DNA of 64,000 nt from Eledone cirrhosa (GCA_964016885.1 OZ024741.1:177382001-177446000), one strand, 5' to 3'; shown: positions 26,751 to 41,696, counted from the stretch's first letter. Made by a program: numbers and translations. The notes: generated by a model from the sequence alone, not told the origin.

Positions 26751-27599
26751 GCAGAAGCAATGTTATTTTAGCTACGATTGGGTAGCTTTACATTGATACC
26801 ATAACTTTTTCTTCAAGTCAAAGGGCCTGTTAAGGAGCTCAGAAAACGTTCTCTGTGCATCAGTTTTGAAATGAGATAATAGCAGACAAGCGAAAGTGAC
26901 CGTCTGCAGTAATTACAGGTGCTATTAAAAAGGACTGTGGACCATACACGCCTTTAATATGAGAGAAACATTATCTTAGTATCCATACCAACTACTGCCA
27001 CTGTTTTGCTTTGTATTGCCACCATTACTGCTTAATAATTTTCAAAGCATTTTACATTTTAAACTGTTCTTTTCAGCCGCTTATAATAGTCATTACAATT
27101 AGGATTGATTGATTTGTAAAGACATTTTTGACAAAGATTTTGTTTGTCCTTAAGTATGTCATATAAGTCAGGGTTGGTATTGTAACGCAGTCATTGGATC
27201 ACATGCCCACTAAAGATGTTGCCTGGCAGACTCGTAGCTTAAACTCCTGCCCAAATTGCTTGAGTCAAGTGCGATATTATATAATACACTACGAACATAT
27301 ATTTAGCAACGAAAAACGAAAATTATATTTCATTGGTATATAGTCCCAGAGTGTTTAGCGTTTGGTGTTACAGGTACATTAAGTTTGACCCTGATTAGTC
27401 AATGATAAATCCAAATCGCTGCTCATCTCACTGTGCGCAGAGTACATCTATATTTTACATCACATATTTTATCTAAAATATAAGAAATGAGAAAGTGTTT
27501 GCTGTTATAATTTGATGCTCATGGCAAAAAGTAAGGAGTGAAATACATTTCGGTTACATGTCCCCAAACCAAGTTTACCTAATGCAGGAGATGTTAGGA

Positions 27600-27995
27600 A
27601 ATCAGATCCAGCCCCCGAGTTGACGCTACCCATACTATTTAGCTTCTCAGCAGCTGGCACATTTAGCATATTTTTGTGAAGTATTTTCTTTTTTCTAGGT
27701 GAAGATTACTTGATATATGTTCAGGGGAACACCTGAGATAATTTTGTTAAAGATGTGATGAGATCATTTCCAACAGCCAAGCCAACACAAACATTCCCAC
27801 CTGTAATCCTCTCCTACCAACCGAAAGAGTAACCAAGTACGCTTTCATTGAGCTGCCCATCCTTATGTAGGTGTGTTTCAGGAAGAGCTAATATATCTAA
27901 TAGAATATCTTTTCAAATCAAGAACGATAAATGTGGTTCGTCTCTCTTGACTTTAAAGCAAATTTCCCTCTACTAGAGTACGCACATTCCCACAA
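27600..27995 (-). mobile_element. Decayed APE endonuclease relic (RTE-like LINE 5' part)
   Basis: Minus: CGNVRTL, DILALPETH, GLAVGNDL resemble WNVRTL / DIxALSETR / GVGFAI. Confidence 0.5.
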
Positions 27996-28720
27996 GATTT
28001 TGTTATAGTGTGGTTAACCGCATTATGTTGTCGATTGCCCAGTCGTAGGATAATGATCAGGACAAGCCGGCAGAGCGCGGGCGTACCTGACGAGCCATGC
28101 TATGATGGTAAAGCTCATTTTAAGTCTACTGACAATCATCTGATGTTAAATAAGCTAGTAATGTACAAGAAATTCCTCTGCAGTTGAACATATTTTGAGT
28201 GGACATAGATTGCACAGAACTACCCCCACTTCCTGTGTACATACACTTTCTTTGGTGTGACATATGGAACGTACAGCAAGACCTTCGGTATCCTCAGGTT
28301 TATATTTTACCAACTCCTAGAATAGGTTCTATGAGTCTTGTCTATCCTATTAGTCGGAGATTACTGATAGTGCTGCAGTATTAAGAACTCATAAAATAAT
28401 TGTTTCTACGTTGGGCACACGGCCAGCAATTACCCTAGTGCATAACTGGTGCTTTATTCCATCGACCACGTAAGGAGGAAAGGCAAAATTAACCACAGGG
28501 AGATTCGAACTAAGAACGCAAAGGGCCATACCTCTATCTTATAAAATAATGATATATAATAAAATAGCAATATACAATATATATATAAGAAAATCAATTT
28601 ATATGTATCAATTTGTATATATAAATTTAAAAAGCTAAAAAAATTATGAAATAATAAATGAATATTTAAACATTCTATACACTCACACACGCGCATACAA
28701 AGAATGTATTCATATGTACA

Positions 28721-28905
28721 TAATAATTGTTTCTACTTTAGGCACAAGGCCAGCAATTACCCAGTGCATTACTGGTACTTTATTTTATCGACCCCGTAAG
28801 GATGAAAGGCAAAGTCAATCTCGGCGGGATTTGAACTCAGATCGTAAAGGGACGTAACGATGCTGGAAAGCATGACGTCTGACCCTCTACCGATACTGCC
28901 AATCC
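28721..28905 (-). mobile_element. tRNA-derived SINE with TSD acataataat; older copy at 28396-28530
   Basis: A-box-like tggcagtatcgg, B-box gttcaaatcc, tail gtagaaacaattatta; TSD at 28718-27 and 28906-15. Confidence 0.88.
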
Positions 28906-29356
28906 ACATAATAATGGATGGCCGTTGACTCGGATACTTTCGACCGCCCTTGGGCAAGTATGGCTTTTCATGCCACTGGCTATTCAATAATCACCATCCT
29001 CACGAAGCAAACTTAGTGGAATTTCCGGTCTAGTTGCCGATGACGCAATCATACAACAGATTGTTCTGAGTTACATGCTAAGTGTAGCGCTCGAGAGCGA
29101 CCCGATATATATATATATATAGTTATCGTATTGGTAGTAGTGCTAATATAATACGTCAACTAGTTATAAAAGAATGTGCGTAATTTATAGGGCATTGGAT
29201 TTGGTGGTAGATATGGTTCTATCAAACAAATGTAAATAACATGGGTATGCTTATCAATACGAGAAGTCATGCTAATAAAAGAAGAAAGGGTTAAGATTAT
29301 AATCCATGTTGTAAATCTCTATATATATAGATACATGCATACATACACACACACGC

Positions 29357-29387
<31 letters not shown>

Positions 29388-29626
29388 TACACACACACAC
29401 ACACACACACTCAGATATATATATATATATATATATATATATCAAAGTTTAAGCAAAGGATCACTGCTTTCACTTATTATAGGTTACAAACGATCCAGTA
29501 ATAGCGTAAAAGTGGCGATTCTTTGCTTAAACTGTAATTTGAACTAACAATAACGGGTTCATATATACATATAACATATATATATATGTATATATATATA
29601 TAATATATATATATATATATGTGTGT

Positions 29627-29704
<78 letters not shown>

Positions 29705-29723
29705 TTATATATATATATATATA

Positions 29724-29758
<35 letters not shown>

Positions 29759-29779
29759 TTATATATATATATATATATA

Positions 29780-29836
<57 letters not shown>

Positions 29837-29860
29837 GCACGCATGTTAGTGTTTGTATGC

Positions 29861-29892
<32 letters not shown>

Positions 29893-29913
29893 GCACGCAT
29901 GTTAGTGTTTGTA

Positions 29914-29981
<68 letters not shown>

Positions 29982-32073
29982 TATAAACACAAACATGCAT
30001 GCATATGTATATATTCCAATTTCCGGACATGGCAGCTTTAGAACGACGAAAGTTACAGAGTTCCAAAGTAGTTCCTTCTATAAATCTTTTGATAAAACTA
30101 TTTTATCCCGAAATATAAGGGCCTATACAACACTGCAAGGAAACATGTCAACATTGTTGTTATCAGATTGTTAAGATACATCATCCATTTAACATTGTGG
30201 TAGCATTAGACGAAAACATTGTTTTCTACATTTTTACACAAATATTCAAGCAAAATTCAACCCTCTACACAAGTGCGTGCACATACACACGTGACACACA
30301 CACACACATACACACACACACGCACACACACACACACACACACATACACACATACGTATACACAGAGAATTATACACACATATATATATACATATATATA
30401 TCTGTGTGTGTATGTGTGTGTGTGTGGGTGTTTGAGTGTGTGTGTATATATATATGTCCAGTAGCTTTCTAATAAACTATCTACTTTTCCCATTTGGTTT
30501 AGGGTAAATTACAAGGAATAGACACATGAACAGCATGGGTTCTGTAATTTACTTCTGAGAATGAAAGGACGTTATATTTTAGCTTTAAAACATATCATGC
30601 ATTTCCTTCCATTTCCCACTTTGATTTATATAAAACACACTCGCGGTAACATTGCATTTTCTACTCCACACAAAAACAAACCAAGTAGGATATAGAATAT
30701 CCGTTTAATGTCTTTGATACTAATGGCTTGGCAAATTTAGTGAAATGTATCCATGTCAACCTGAAAAGTGTGATAAGCCTGTACAAACGTGGGCGATGTG
30801 AAAAGGGTTATTCTCTGGTTCTGAGAATAAATTTTCTTTGTAGAATGTATGATGTAAGTATGATTATTCTGCTGCCTGTTTATTGAAGAAATAAACAGTG
30901 TTGTATGCTCATGAATTAAGATAGGAAATGTAAGAAAAGCAAAGGAAAATCAGCCTATATTTATCATTGTTGTTTATGTACCCTTATATATCTAGCATAT
31001 GAAAACGAGATAATTAACAAAATAAGAGATACATAAGATTGAAGTAAAACCTGAATGATTCTGTAATATTCTGCTCCTTGGATTGCTAGTTATGTGTAAA
31101 TCATCATAAATCAACAAATAGCGCAGATATTTATGACTGGATGTTGGATATATTCTAATGTTCAATGCATTATTTGTCATAAAGCACACAATTCATTACG
31201 AAAACTGTCAGTACTCGCATACCCCACTTTTGGCTTACGTTGATCTCATGTTTCATCTTCTTTAGTAGTTTCTCGACATAGTTTCATGCATTCATTTTGT
31301 GAGTAGGAATAAAGATGTATAGTAGACTGTTATATTTCCATTCATTAGGATATATGTCGATTAACTTTAGGTTAATTTCAATTAATAAACCGATCGAAAT
31401 CTCACCATTGTATACATTCTACCGACTTTTAAACAAGTAAGTGTATGATAACTAACGTAATCTGTCATCGCATTTACCTAAAAGGACCGCATGATTGTGT
31501 CAATAATCTCTTTAAACGGGACAGTGCTATATCAGAACTGTTGTGTGGTTAAACAAGAACAGAACCAATTCAATTCAGTACTATAACATGTTGTTTACAA
31601 AGTACTCTCTTATTTACTATGAATAAACGCATACAACACTATATAATCATCACACACAAAATTAACATAGCGGACATAGTCCGTTGGTGACAGTTAAAGT
31701 TATCTGTACTGAATCCAAACCTATACAATACAATGACAATTCGCACAACACATATTCTAGGAAAACACCAGAAAGCAGTACAATATAACATATATTCGAT
31801 ACAATCAGCAGTTGATATTCGTGGCATACTCAAACATATATACTACCATAATCAATACCTTTACTATAAAAAAAGAAAATCCTACAACTTTGCTATCGAT
31901 CAATAAAATACAACTCGGTCATTTTAATAGAACAGAAATTCACTCAGATTAATAAAACACAACTCAACTACAAGAATGAGCACAGCGATGTCAACTGGTA
32001 CTGACTCACTTTTCTCTGACATGAAGAACAAATGTTTGAGGGAGCGAAAGGAGCGATATATCTGCAATATGTG

Positions 32074-32112
<39 letters not shown>

Positions 32113-32153
32113 ATAATATTAATAAATGGAAGCTATTTTTATAAAACCATATT

Positions 32154-32214
32154 TATTTTATTATATATATTTCAAGGGTACCAACATTTTCGTAGGCCCT
32201 CATCAGATAATATA
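32154..32214 (-). ncRNA. Type I hammerhead, family A relative with a different stem II
   Basis: Minus: tattat-CTGATGA-gggcctac...ggtaccctt-GAAA-tatata-TA-ataaaata. Confidence 0.65.
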
Positions 32215-32509
32215 CAAAAGTTGCTTTACAGATAGTAACATATTCAACAAGAACTTTATGTTGTGAGTTCTATTAGAACTGACAACATTAAGTTCTTGTT
32301 TAGCCCACCCTCGTATATGTATATATATATATATTGGTAAAGAGTTAGGACCCCGACGGCTGAGCTCCGGCCGTTTCGACAGCTAGATGAAACGGCCGTA
32401 ACTCAGCCGTTGGAGTCTTGAATCGTTTCCTATTACCCACTCTGCTACCCTAAGTATCGAGTACTCTGGTGCATTATGGTCCACCTGTTTCCTTACCTCA
32501 CTTTCTTTG

Positions 32510-32559
<50 letters not shown>

Positions 32560-33641
32560 TATAAAGAAAGAAGAAACATAAGATATAATTAATAAGATAT
32601 ACCACACCCAAATTACTTCAGGAGTCCTCGACTACGTAGTTTCGTGGCATATTATGCCAAAACACTACATCATAGAGATATAGTAATTGTTGTGAGGTTT
32701 GCCGACTTATCAAGAGGATACCTCATTAAGAGTTTCAAAACACACACGTAGGACGCTAGATAGAATCCCGAAAGGCGGAGGGGGAGTCAATCACGTGATA
32801 TAGCGGTCAAGAAACAGAGCTAAGCCTCATACAACCGAGAAAAAATACCACAAATGGCGGCGGGGCGTATTCATATCAAAGCCGTAGAAGAGATGGCTAG
32901 GATGGCGAGAAGTATAAGTATGATAGCTTTCCAGTTATTCATAGAGCAACATCGGTGAGGTTGGCACCACAAATTCAGGGATATATGTGGAATATTCATG
33001 TATATGTATATGTCCGCATCATATCTGTGTATTTCTGTTTTCATATTCAAACATATATTATCCTCCGCTGTGACCCGTCTATTTCGTTCTTACTGCTTCC
33101 TCTTTCTCTGTATCTTTCACTTCCATTTACCCTCTCTAACAGTCACTCTGTTAGCCTCTTCCTCAGCCTTCACTCACTCACTCTCTGCTATTACCTATCC
33201 TACTTCCTCCCGTTTGACCTGTGCGTAATTCTTTTCTCGCGCACGCTTGACCAGGCTGGTTGTTCCTTTTTTCTCTCTTGTCTATGATTTCACAGAACTT
33301 ATGCTCACCGAATTCAGGGACTAGACTCCTTCTTCCTCCCATTTGACCTGTGCGGAATTCCTTCCTTGCTCACATTTCGACTAGGTTTGATGGTCTTTAT
33401 TCTCTCTCATTCAGGATTTCACCGAACTTATATTCATAGAAATCTGGGACTTGACTCTTTCTTCCTCACTTTTCGTTTCATTACCATCTTTGATTGTGTA
33501 CAGTCTCGCTCGTTCCCCTTATTTACGTGTCCCAACGACTTTCTTTAGCAGTTGCTCGCACCAACCGGAGGTATATGGTCTTTAAAGCGATGAAATACCA
33601 TTAAAGGTTGGAAGATTACTGATGAAGGACGAACTTTATTC

Positions 33642-33695
<54 letters not shown>

Positions 33696-33836
33696 CACAG
33701 AAAAAAGAGAACCAGTATTGCGACGAAATGAATTTATTGGACATATTACAATTGTTTCTCGGGGAACAGCTCGAAGCACGACCGATATGGTGATCAAACC
33801 TGACTCTGAAATCGCGCGGTCGTCCGATACGTCTCG

Positions 33837-33927
<91 letters not shown>

Positions 33928-33929
33928 AC

Positions 33930-34556
33930 ATTAAATTAAGGGTGTCATGTCTGAGAGACATACGCCATATCCACTCTAGAATATGCTGAAAGATTCCATG
34001 AATAGATCCGACCCTTTTATATCAACTAGAAATTGATTGACATAAAAAATAAACATATGAAAGAATCACAGGGTATATTTGTAAAGTGTGTAAGCACACA
34101 CAGGTAAATAATTAAAGTTTAACTAGAACTTCAAATATAGATACCATTTAAATTGATTAATCTCCTGTGTATATATTTCATTAAAGAAGTATATTTCACC
34201 ATCAATCAGTAAATCACATTAGTCAAATGCGGATTTTCAACAAGCGAGAAGATTTAACTATCTGTGTTTACGCAGCAAATGTAAATCTGTGAATGACTCG
34301 TAGCACGTGTTGCATTTATTAAAAATACACACATCATACCAGCGTCATCCCAGTGGCGTGAATAGGATTATCAACACCTATAAATAGCAGCCAGGTCCTT
34401 TCAACTGAGTTAGCTCTACAATTAAGGGGCCGTATATATATCCAAAATTAAATTAAGTGTGTCATGTCTGAGAGACATGCGCCATACCCACTGTAGAAAA
34501 TGCTCAAAGATTCCAGCGAATAGATCCGAGTATTTCATATCAAGTAGAAATTGATT

Positions 34557-34627
<71 letters not shown>

Positions 34628-35350
34628 AACATAGGAAACAATGACAGGAAATAATTTGTAAAATGTGTAAGCACACACAGCTAGTTAGGTAACTAATTAA
34701 AGTTTAACTAGAACTTTAAATATAGATGCCTTTTGAAATGTTTAATCTCCTTCATTAAAGAAATATATTTCACCACCAATCGGTAAATCACAGTAGTCAA
34801 ACCGAATTTTCCACAAGGGAGAAGATTTAACTATCTGTGTTTACTCAGGAAATGCAAATCTGTGTCAACACAGATAGTTAAATCTTCTCCCTTGATTGTA
34901 GAGCTAACTCAGTTGAAAGGACTCAGCTGCTATTTCTAGCAGTCAATAATACTATTCACGCCACTGGGATGACGCTGGTAAGATGTGTATATCTTTAAAA
35001 AGAGCAACACGTGCTATGACTCATTCACAGATTTGCATTTGCTGTGTAAACACAGATAGTCAAGTCGTCTCCCTTATTGAAAATACGGATTTGACTACGG
35101 TGATTCACCGATTGATGGTGAAATATATTTCTTGAATTAAATATATACAGAGGAGATTAATCATTTTAAAAGGTATCTATATTTGAAGTTCTAGTTAAAC
35201 TTTAATTAGATACCTACCTAGCTATATGCTTACAAACTTTACAACTTATCCCTGTGATTGTTTCATACGTGTATTATATATATATATATTGGCCTTGTGC
35301 CAAAGGTAGAAACAATTATATATATATATATATGTCAATCAATTTCTAGT

Positions 35351-35352
<2 letters not shown>
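33930..35352. repeat. Family F: ~0.5-kb unit in head-to-tail tandem plus inversion
   Basis: Unit 33930-34440 restarts at 34441; inversion at ~34865; second locus 38510-39670. Confidence 0.85.
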
Positions 35353-35387
<35 letters not shown>

Positions 35388-35390
<3 letters not shown>

Positions 35391-35676
35391 AAAAAGAGAT
35401 GAAATCGAAAATGCAACTGGAGTCTTATTTTTTTTTTAAATATAGTAGAGTTGAGATGGAGGGTCTGTGGTTTTTAAAAACCACAGACCCTCCATCTCAA
35501 CTCACCTTTTGAAAAGCAGAAGAACTGCGAAACCAGTAAAGGAACCAAATAAATATATATATTTTTTAAAAAAAATAAGACTCCAGTTGCATTTTCGATT
35601 TCATTTCTTTTTCTTTATACTTTCACTCGTATAGGACACCTCGGTTATTTTTTCATTTTGTAAAAAAAAACCTCAC

Positions 35677-35680
<4 letters not shown>
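35388..35680 (+). mobile_element. Fold-back mini-element derived from the 3' end of the PLE at 4268-6378
   Basis: Matches 4268-4405; inversion centre ggtttttaaaaacc at ~35475. Confidence 0.88.
35505..35542 (+). ncRNA. Hammerhead with U3-A8 core
   Basis: cctt-TTGAAAA-gcag aagaa ctgc-GAAA-ccag-TA-aagg. Confidence 0.68.
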
Positions 35681-35746
<66 letters not shown>

Positions 35747-35795
35747 CAGGAAAGAAGGTTGACATGGTTTGCTATACAAAAAAGGTTTTAATCTC

Positions 35796-35906
35796 ATAGC
35801 TGACAATTGTTTCTTTGAACTGGTAGGTCTAGAGTTCGCTATTCGCTTATTTTCACGTTACTCGATCGCCAATACAAAATTATAACCAGTCAGATCTTCG
35901 GAGCAT
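35796..35906 (-). ncRNA. Hammerhead-like fold with CCGAAGA core and long stem II insert
   Basis: Minus: atgct-CCGAAGA-tctgactggt...accagttcaaa-GAAA-caattg-TC-agctat. Confidence 0.55.
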
Positions 35907-37330
35907 GCGAGAATGAAGAAAATACACAGGCAAGAAAAGAATATACAGGCTACTATATGAAGTAGTAATGGCATTCAATTAGAAATAATAACAACAATTA
36001 CAACAATGTTATTAATAAATTATTTGAGGAGACCCTGACATTACTTAGGTGGGGGGTATAATGTATCTAACGTTACGGCGTGTAAAACTAGCTGTCATGA
36101 GGCAAAAGTAAGAGTTTGGCATGTACAGAGTATCGAAGTGTGTATCAATTTTAAATTATAAAGATAAGTCTGTGTTTATATACACTTATATACACACATT
36201 CACACATATATATAAATAAATACACACACAGAGAACACACATATACACACACATAGATACACATATATACATATATATATATATACACACATATATATAT
36301 ATATATATACATACACATATATATACACACACATATATACACATGTGCACACGCGCGTGCGTGCGCATGTGTATACCTGCGTGCACGTGTGCACATGAAC
36401 ATGCACACATGCACACACGTACACATACACACACACGCATACATACGCACACATACATACATATCAATATATATACATATACATACATATACACATATAC
36501 ACATGCATACATATATATATATACACACATACACACATACATATACATGTGTATGTGCATATATGCATGTGCGCATGCGTATGCATGTGCACATGTGTTC
36601 ATGTGCGCATGCGCGCGCATGTGTGTGTGTATATACATATACACACATACATATACACACACACACACATATATACATACGCATACATATACATATATAG
36701 TGACCTACATTCCGCGGGCTCACATACATTCTCTGTGCGTGATTTGGCTCAGCTCAGCCAATCAGCGCCAGTAGAAGAGAATGTATCCCTAGCGTTCTGA
36801 GGGAGAAATAGCCCTCAAAGATTTGAGGACGCTATGACTCGCAGCTGTACCATGCTAAAGTAAACACCGCTTGTTCTTTTGCTCCGTAAAAACAAACAAT
36901 ATGTAACGACAAAACATTACCTACGAGCCTGGCCAAACGCCTTCAGCCAGTCGCCCGTATTTTCTCTTGTAATCTTAATTGATTTGTTTTATTTCTCCTG
37001 GCATGCCAGCTCAACCTCTGTTTATAAATAATCTAAAACCAAGCTAAATTCGTTGTCGATATTCCTATCACATCTTTCTACCAAACCTGGTTCCTCGTGG
37101 CAACATTACATCACTCTAAATATAACCTCTCTGCTATATTGGTACTTATATACCTCAACCAAATTGGTGACTTATATTCAACAACTTCTAAAACATTATT
37201 TTCCTTTACAAATATACACACATACACACATATATATATACATTCATGGGTGTATTACATACATGCATATGCATCTGCACACACACACACGCACACACAC
37301 ACACACGCACGCACACACACACACATACAA

Positions 37331-37370
<40 letters not shown>

Positions 37371-37515
37371 ACTCTAAAAATAAACTATAGCTTTGAAGAA
37401 TTAGCTTTTAATGAATTCCCTTTTCTATCAACCAATGACCTACACCCATCCCACTCCCTACCCTCTCCTACCACCTGAAGAGAACTATAAATACCATACT
37501 TATTTTTTGATACAC

Positions 37516-37566
37516 AGATTCCTGATGATTTCTAAAGAATGAAACAGTTCTAGTCCTGTAGAATCT
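37516..37566 (+). ncRNA. Type I hammerhead ribozyme, family C
   Basis: agattc-CTGATGA-tttc taaa gaat-GAAA-cag ttctagtc ctg-TA-gaatct; near-identical to 15264-15312. Confidence 0.8.
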
Positions 37567-38085
37567 CATCTATATTAAAACTTTAATTTATATATATATA
37601 TATATAACGAAGGAAATGTGGTAAGGAATCAGGTGGACCATAACGCACCAAAGTACTCAATACTTAAGTTAGTAGAGTGGGTAATAGGAACGAGTAAGAC
37701 CCCGACGTCTGAGCTCAAGCCGTTTTCGACGGCTAATTCTCAAAGGTCAATCATATAAAGAATTTGCCACCAGATCAACCAACCTAACACTCTTGCTTAC
37801 CTGCTTAAGTGCCTCTACTACACGTATCTCTCTGCCACACTATATAAACAAGACGCACGTGCTTGCCACACATATAACATTTGCACTATATAACCGCTTA
37901 TCTCCATGTTGTGTTTTAACCTGTATTTTTGATTTTTGATTGTACCTTTTAATATGAATGTAATCTCGAAGTGTGTACTGCCACTCTAAATTCTGTAATG
38001 AATGTTGACCCACAATATTTGCATATGTATCGGTATGTCTCTTGGCTGAAAAGGAGGTCATATAACTGTCCATTCATTAATAAAT

Positions 38086-38132
38086 TGCTCCGAAGAATCC
38101 AAACCTCGGTTTGGAGGAAACAGCTGTAAGCA
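38086..38132 (+). ncRNA. Hammerhead with CCGAAGA core
   Basis: tgct-CCGAAGA-atccaaacc tc ggtttggag-GAAA-cagctg-TA-agca. Confidence 0.68.
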
Positions 38133-38181
38133 CAATAATGTTTTGAACAGTTCTTTGATTCTTATATTTCATATATTTCAT

Positions 38182-38248
<67 letters not shown>

Positions 38249-38252
<4 letters not shown>

Positions 38253-38436
38253 GTGGAACACGGGAAGGTAATATCCGTAGTGGTAGAGCACTGAGTCCAT
38301 GGGACGAGTTAGGTTGAAGTGGTTACACAACAGTTAGTTCACCATACCGAGAACAATTGTTTCACCTTAGCGGATCCTCTAAGGTGGAACAATTGTTCTC
38401 GGTATGGTGAACGAACTGTTGAGTAACCACTTCTAC

Positions 38437-38442
<6 letters not shown>
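38249..38442 (-). mobile_element. Fold-back mini-element centred on GGATCC
   Basis: Arms ~38307-38370 and ~38379-38442; carries the hammerhead 3' half GAAA-caattg-TT; (TA)n on both sides. Confidence 0.85.
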
Positions 38443-38509
<67 letters not shown>

Positions 38510-38513
<4 letters not shown>

Positions 38514-39666
38514 AAATTAAGATAAATCAATGTGAATTTAATCTAAATCAAAATTATGGGTGTCATGCCAGAAAGGCATGCGCCATATCACCCGTAAAAT
38601 AAGTTCCAAGATTCTAATAAATAGGTCCGACCATTTTATAACAACTAGAAGTTTATTAACATATAAATAAACATATGAAACAATCACAGGGGATAATTTT
38701 TACAAGTGTGTAAGCACACATAGCTAGGTAGGTAACTAAATAAAGTTAACTAGAACTTCAAACATAGATACCTTATAATATGATTAACCTTCCCTGTATA
38801 TATTCCATTAAAGAAATATATTTCACCAATTAATCGAATGGTAAACCACGGAGGTCGAAAATTGTTGAAAATCCAAGTATCGGCCTCCGTGGTTTACCTT
38901 TCGATTAATTGGTGAAATATATTTCTTTAATGGAATATGTAGAGGGAAGATTAATCATATTATAAGGTATCTATTTTTGAAGTTCTAGTTAACTTTATTT
39001 AGTTACGTACTTATCTGTGTGTGCTTACACACTTGTAAAAATATCCTCTGTGATTGTTTCATATGTTTATTTATATGTTAATCAATTTCTACTTGTTATA
39101 AAATGGTCGGACCTATTCATTAGAATCTTGAAGCTTATTTTACGGGTGATATGGCGCATGACTTTCTGGCATGACACCCATAATTTTGATTTAGATTAAA
39201 TTCACTTTGATTTATCATAATTTTGGATATAGATATATAAATACGGCTCCTTAATTGTAGAGCTAACTCCATGAAAGGACTTGACTGCTGTTTCTAGTTG
39301 TCGATAAGCCTATTCACGCCACTGGGACGAAGCTGGTATGATGTGTGTATTTTTAGTAGATACAGCACGTGTTACTGGCCAGTTGCTGATTTGAACTTAA
39401 TGCGTAAACACAGATGGCTGGACTTCTTCCTTGTTGAAAATCCAAGTATCGGCCTCCGTGGTTTACCATTCGATTAATTGGTGAAATATATTTCTTTAAT
39501 GGAATATGTAGAGGGAAGATTAATCATATTATAAGGTATCTATTTTTGAAGTTCTAGTTTAACTTTATTTAGTTACGTACCTAGCTATGTGTGCTTACAC
39601 ACTTGTAAAAATTATCCCCTGTGATTGTTTCATATGTTTATTTATATGTTAATCAATTTCTAGTTG

Positions 39667-39670
<4 letters not shown>
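38510..39670. repeat. Family F, second locus (forward part plus inverted partial tandem)
   Basis: 38510-38860 forward; 38862-39430 and 39430-39670 reverse tandem. Confidence 0.85.
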
Positions 39671-39741
<71 letters not shown>

Positions 39742-41422
39742 ATGTAAATATCCATATATAAAATTATCAACGAGTTGAACAATATTTAAAATAAACCAAG
39801 GAGAGATACACTAATATTAAAATCCATTGTATAATAAATATATAATGACACATTCGCAGTCAGAACAATGATATATTACTTGCACTATATCAAAATTCTC
39901 AGTGAGAACAATGAAATATTACTTGCACTATATCAAAATTGTACAGTTCTAATATAAATATAAATATATATACATATATATGTATATATATATACTTATA
40001 TTAGAACTGTACAGTTTCGCTGGTCAGTATGCAACTATCCTACATCATAGAGATGCAACGTTGTTGTGAGGTAAGCCAAATTTTCATGGGAACACCTCAT
40101 GGAAAGGGCGCTTCCAGACACATCCGTAGCATCCGAGAACATTTCAAAAAGGCGAAGGGAGATATTATCACGTGTAACACCGGTCAAGAGAGGGGACTCA
40201 ATCACTTGTAGCAGTGAAAAATATCTCAGAAGGCGGAGGGAGACATTGATACATGATACCGAGGTTACAGAGGGGTGATAAGGTTGACTGAAAGTGCTTA
40301 TAATGTTTGCTTAAAAGCAGTTACTATAATTCCGTGGTTACTCGAGCGTGTGGGAGTTTGAGACAATAATGAGAGGTACTCACATATGTGTGCATACATA
40401 AACATGTACATATATATAGACATATATTTTTTCACAAGTATGTGAGATTGTGTGTTGTCGACCTTAACCAGTGTTGCGCCATGTTTACGAGAGACAAGAT
40501 AATAGAAATAATTTAATTGACTCGATATCAGAGCTATGTAAAAATAAAGTAAGAAGAAGTAATAGAAACATATATATATATACCTATTTTTTCCTTCAAT
40601 GTTCCGGCTGTACAGTATACATACATATATATATATATATTGGCTATGTGTATACGTGAGTTTTGCGTCTGTGCGAGTATGCGGGTTCGTACGTATGTAG
40701 GGTGTGTGTATATGTGTACTTCGTGTTTTGGTTAACGTAGGTCTCCGAACATTTGTGTATTTACGTGTAGGTTTGTGTGTGCGCTTGTTATATACGTATT
40801 TATTTATTTATATACGTTTATTTAATTATTTGTATACACGCACACGCACACGCACACGCACATATTTATATGTGCGTGTTTTTTATACATATGGCGAGTG
40901 TTTTCGCGTATGCTTGTGTATATACGTATTTGGATGCGTGTATGTATTTATTTAATTTCAATTATCTCTATTTACTTCTCTTAACTCTGAAGCGGAGAAT
41001 CATTCGGTTTCCAAGTTAGAATTTTAGTCTACGACTTCAGTTATACCATTGACGTGGTTTTGTCTTTGCGTGCAATTGTTCTCCACGCTCCACATTTGAC
41101 GTATTATCTTCGTTTGTTTTCCGTTCATTGCCATAGAACGTCTCTATGAGAATATTAGTCTACTACTTCTTTTATACCATAAACGTTGTTCTGTCTTTGC
41201 GTGTAATTGTTTTTCACCGCTCCTATTAATGACGTATTATATTCGTTTTTTCCCGTTCTTTGCCAGGGAATGTTTCCACGAACCAAAGTATCGTCTTCCT
41301 GTGTTCCTCCGGTTGGAATGTTTTTTTAAAATATTCACTTCTGCGTTCACAGATTGACTCTGTTAGTTTCAGTTAAGGGTGAATGCAGCGATTCTTTGCT
41401 TAAACTTTAATCTGTTATTTTA

Positions 41423-41509
<87 letters not shown>

Positions 41510-41696
41510 AACCAGTAAGACGCCGACGGCTGAGCTCAAGCTCCAGAATTAGCCGTCGAAACGGCTTGAGCTCTCAGCCGTCGGGGTCTTACTGGTTCCT
41601 ATTACCCACTCTACTAACATAAGTATTGAGTACTTTGGTGCGTTATGCTCCACCTGGTTCCTTACCACATTTCCTTCGTTATATATATATATATAT

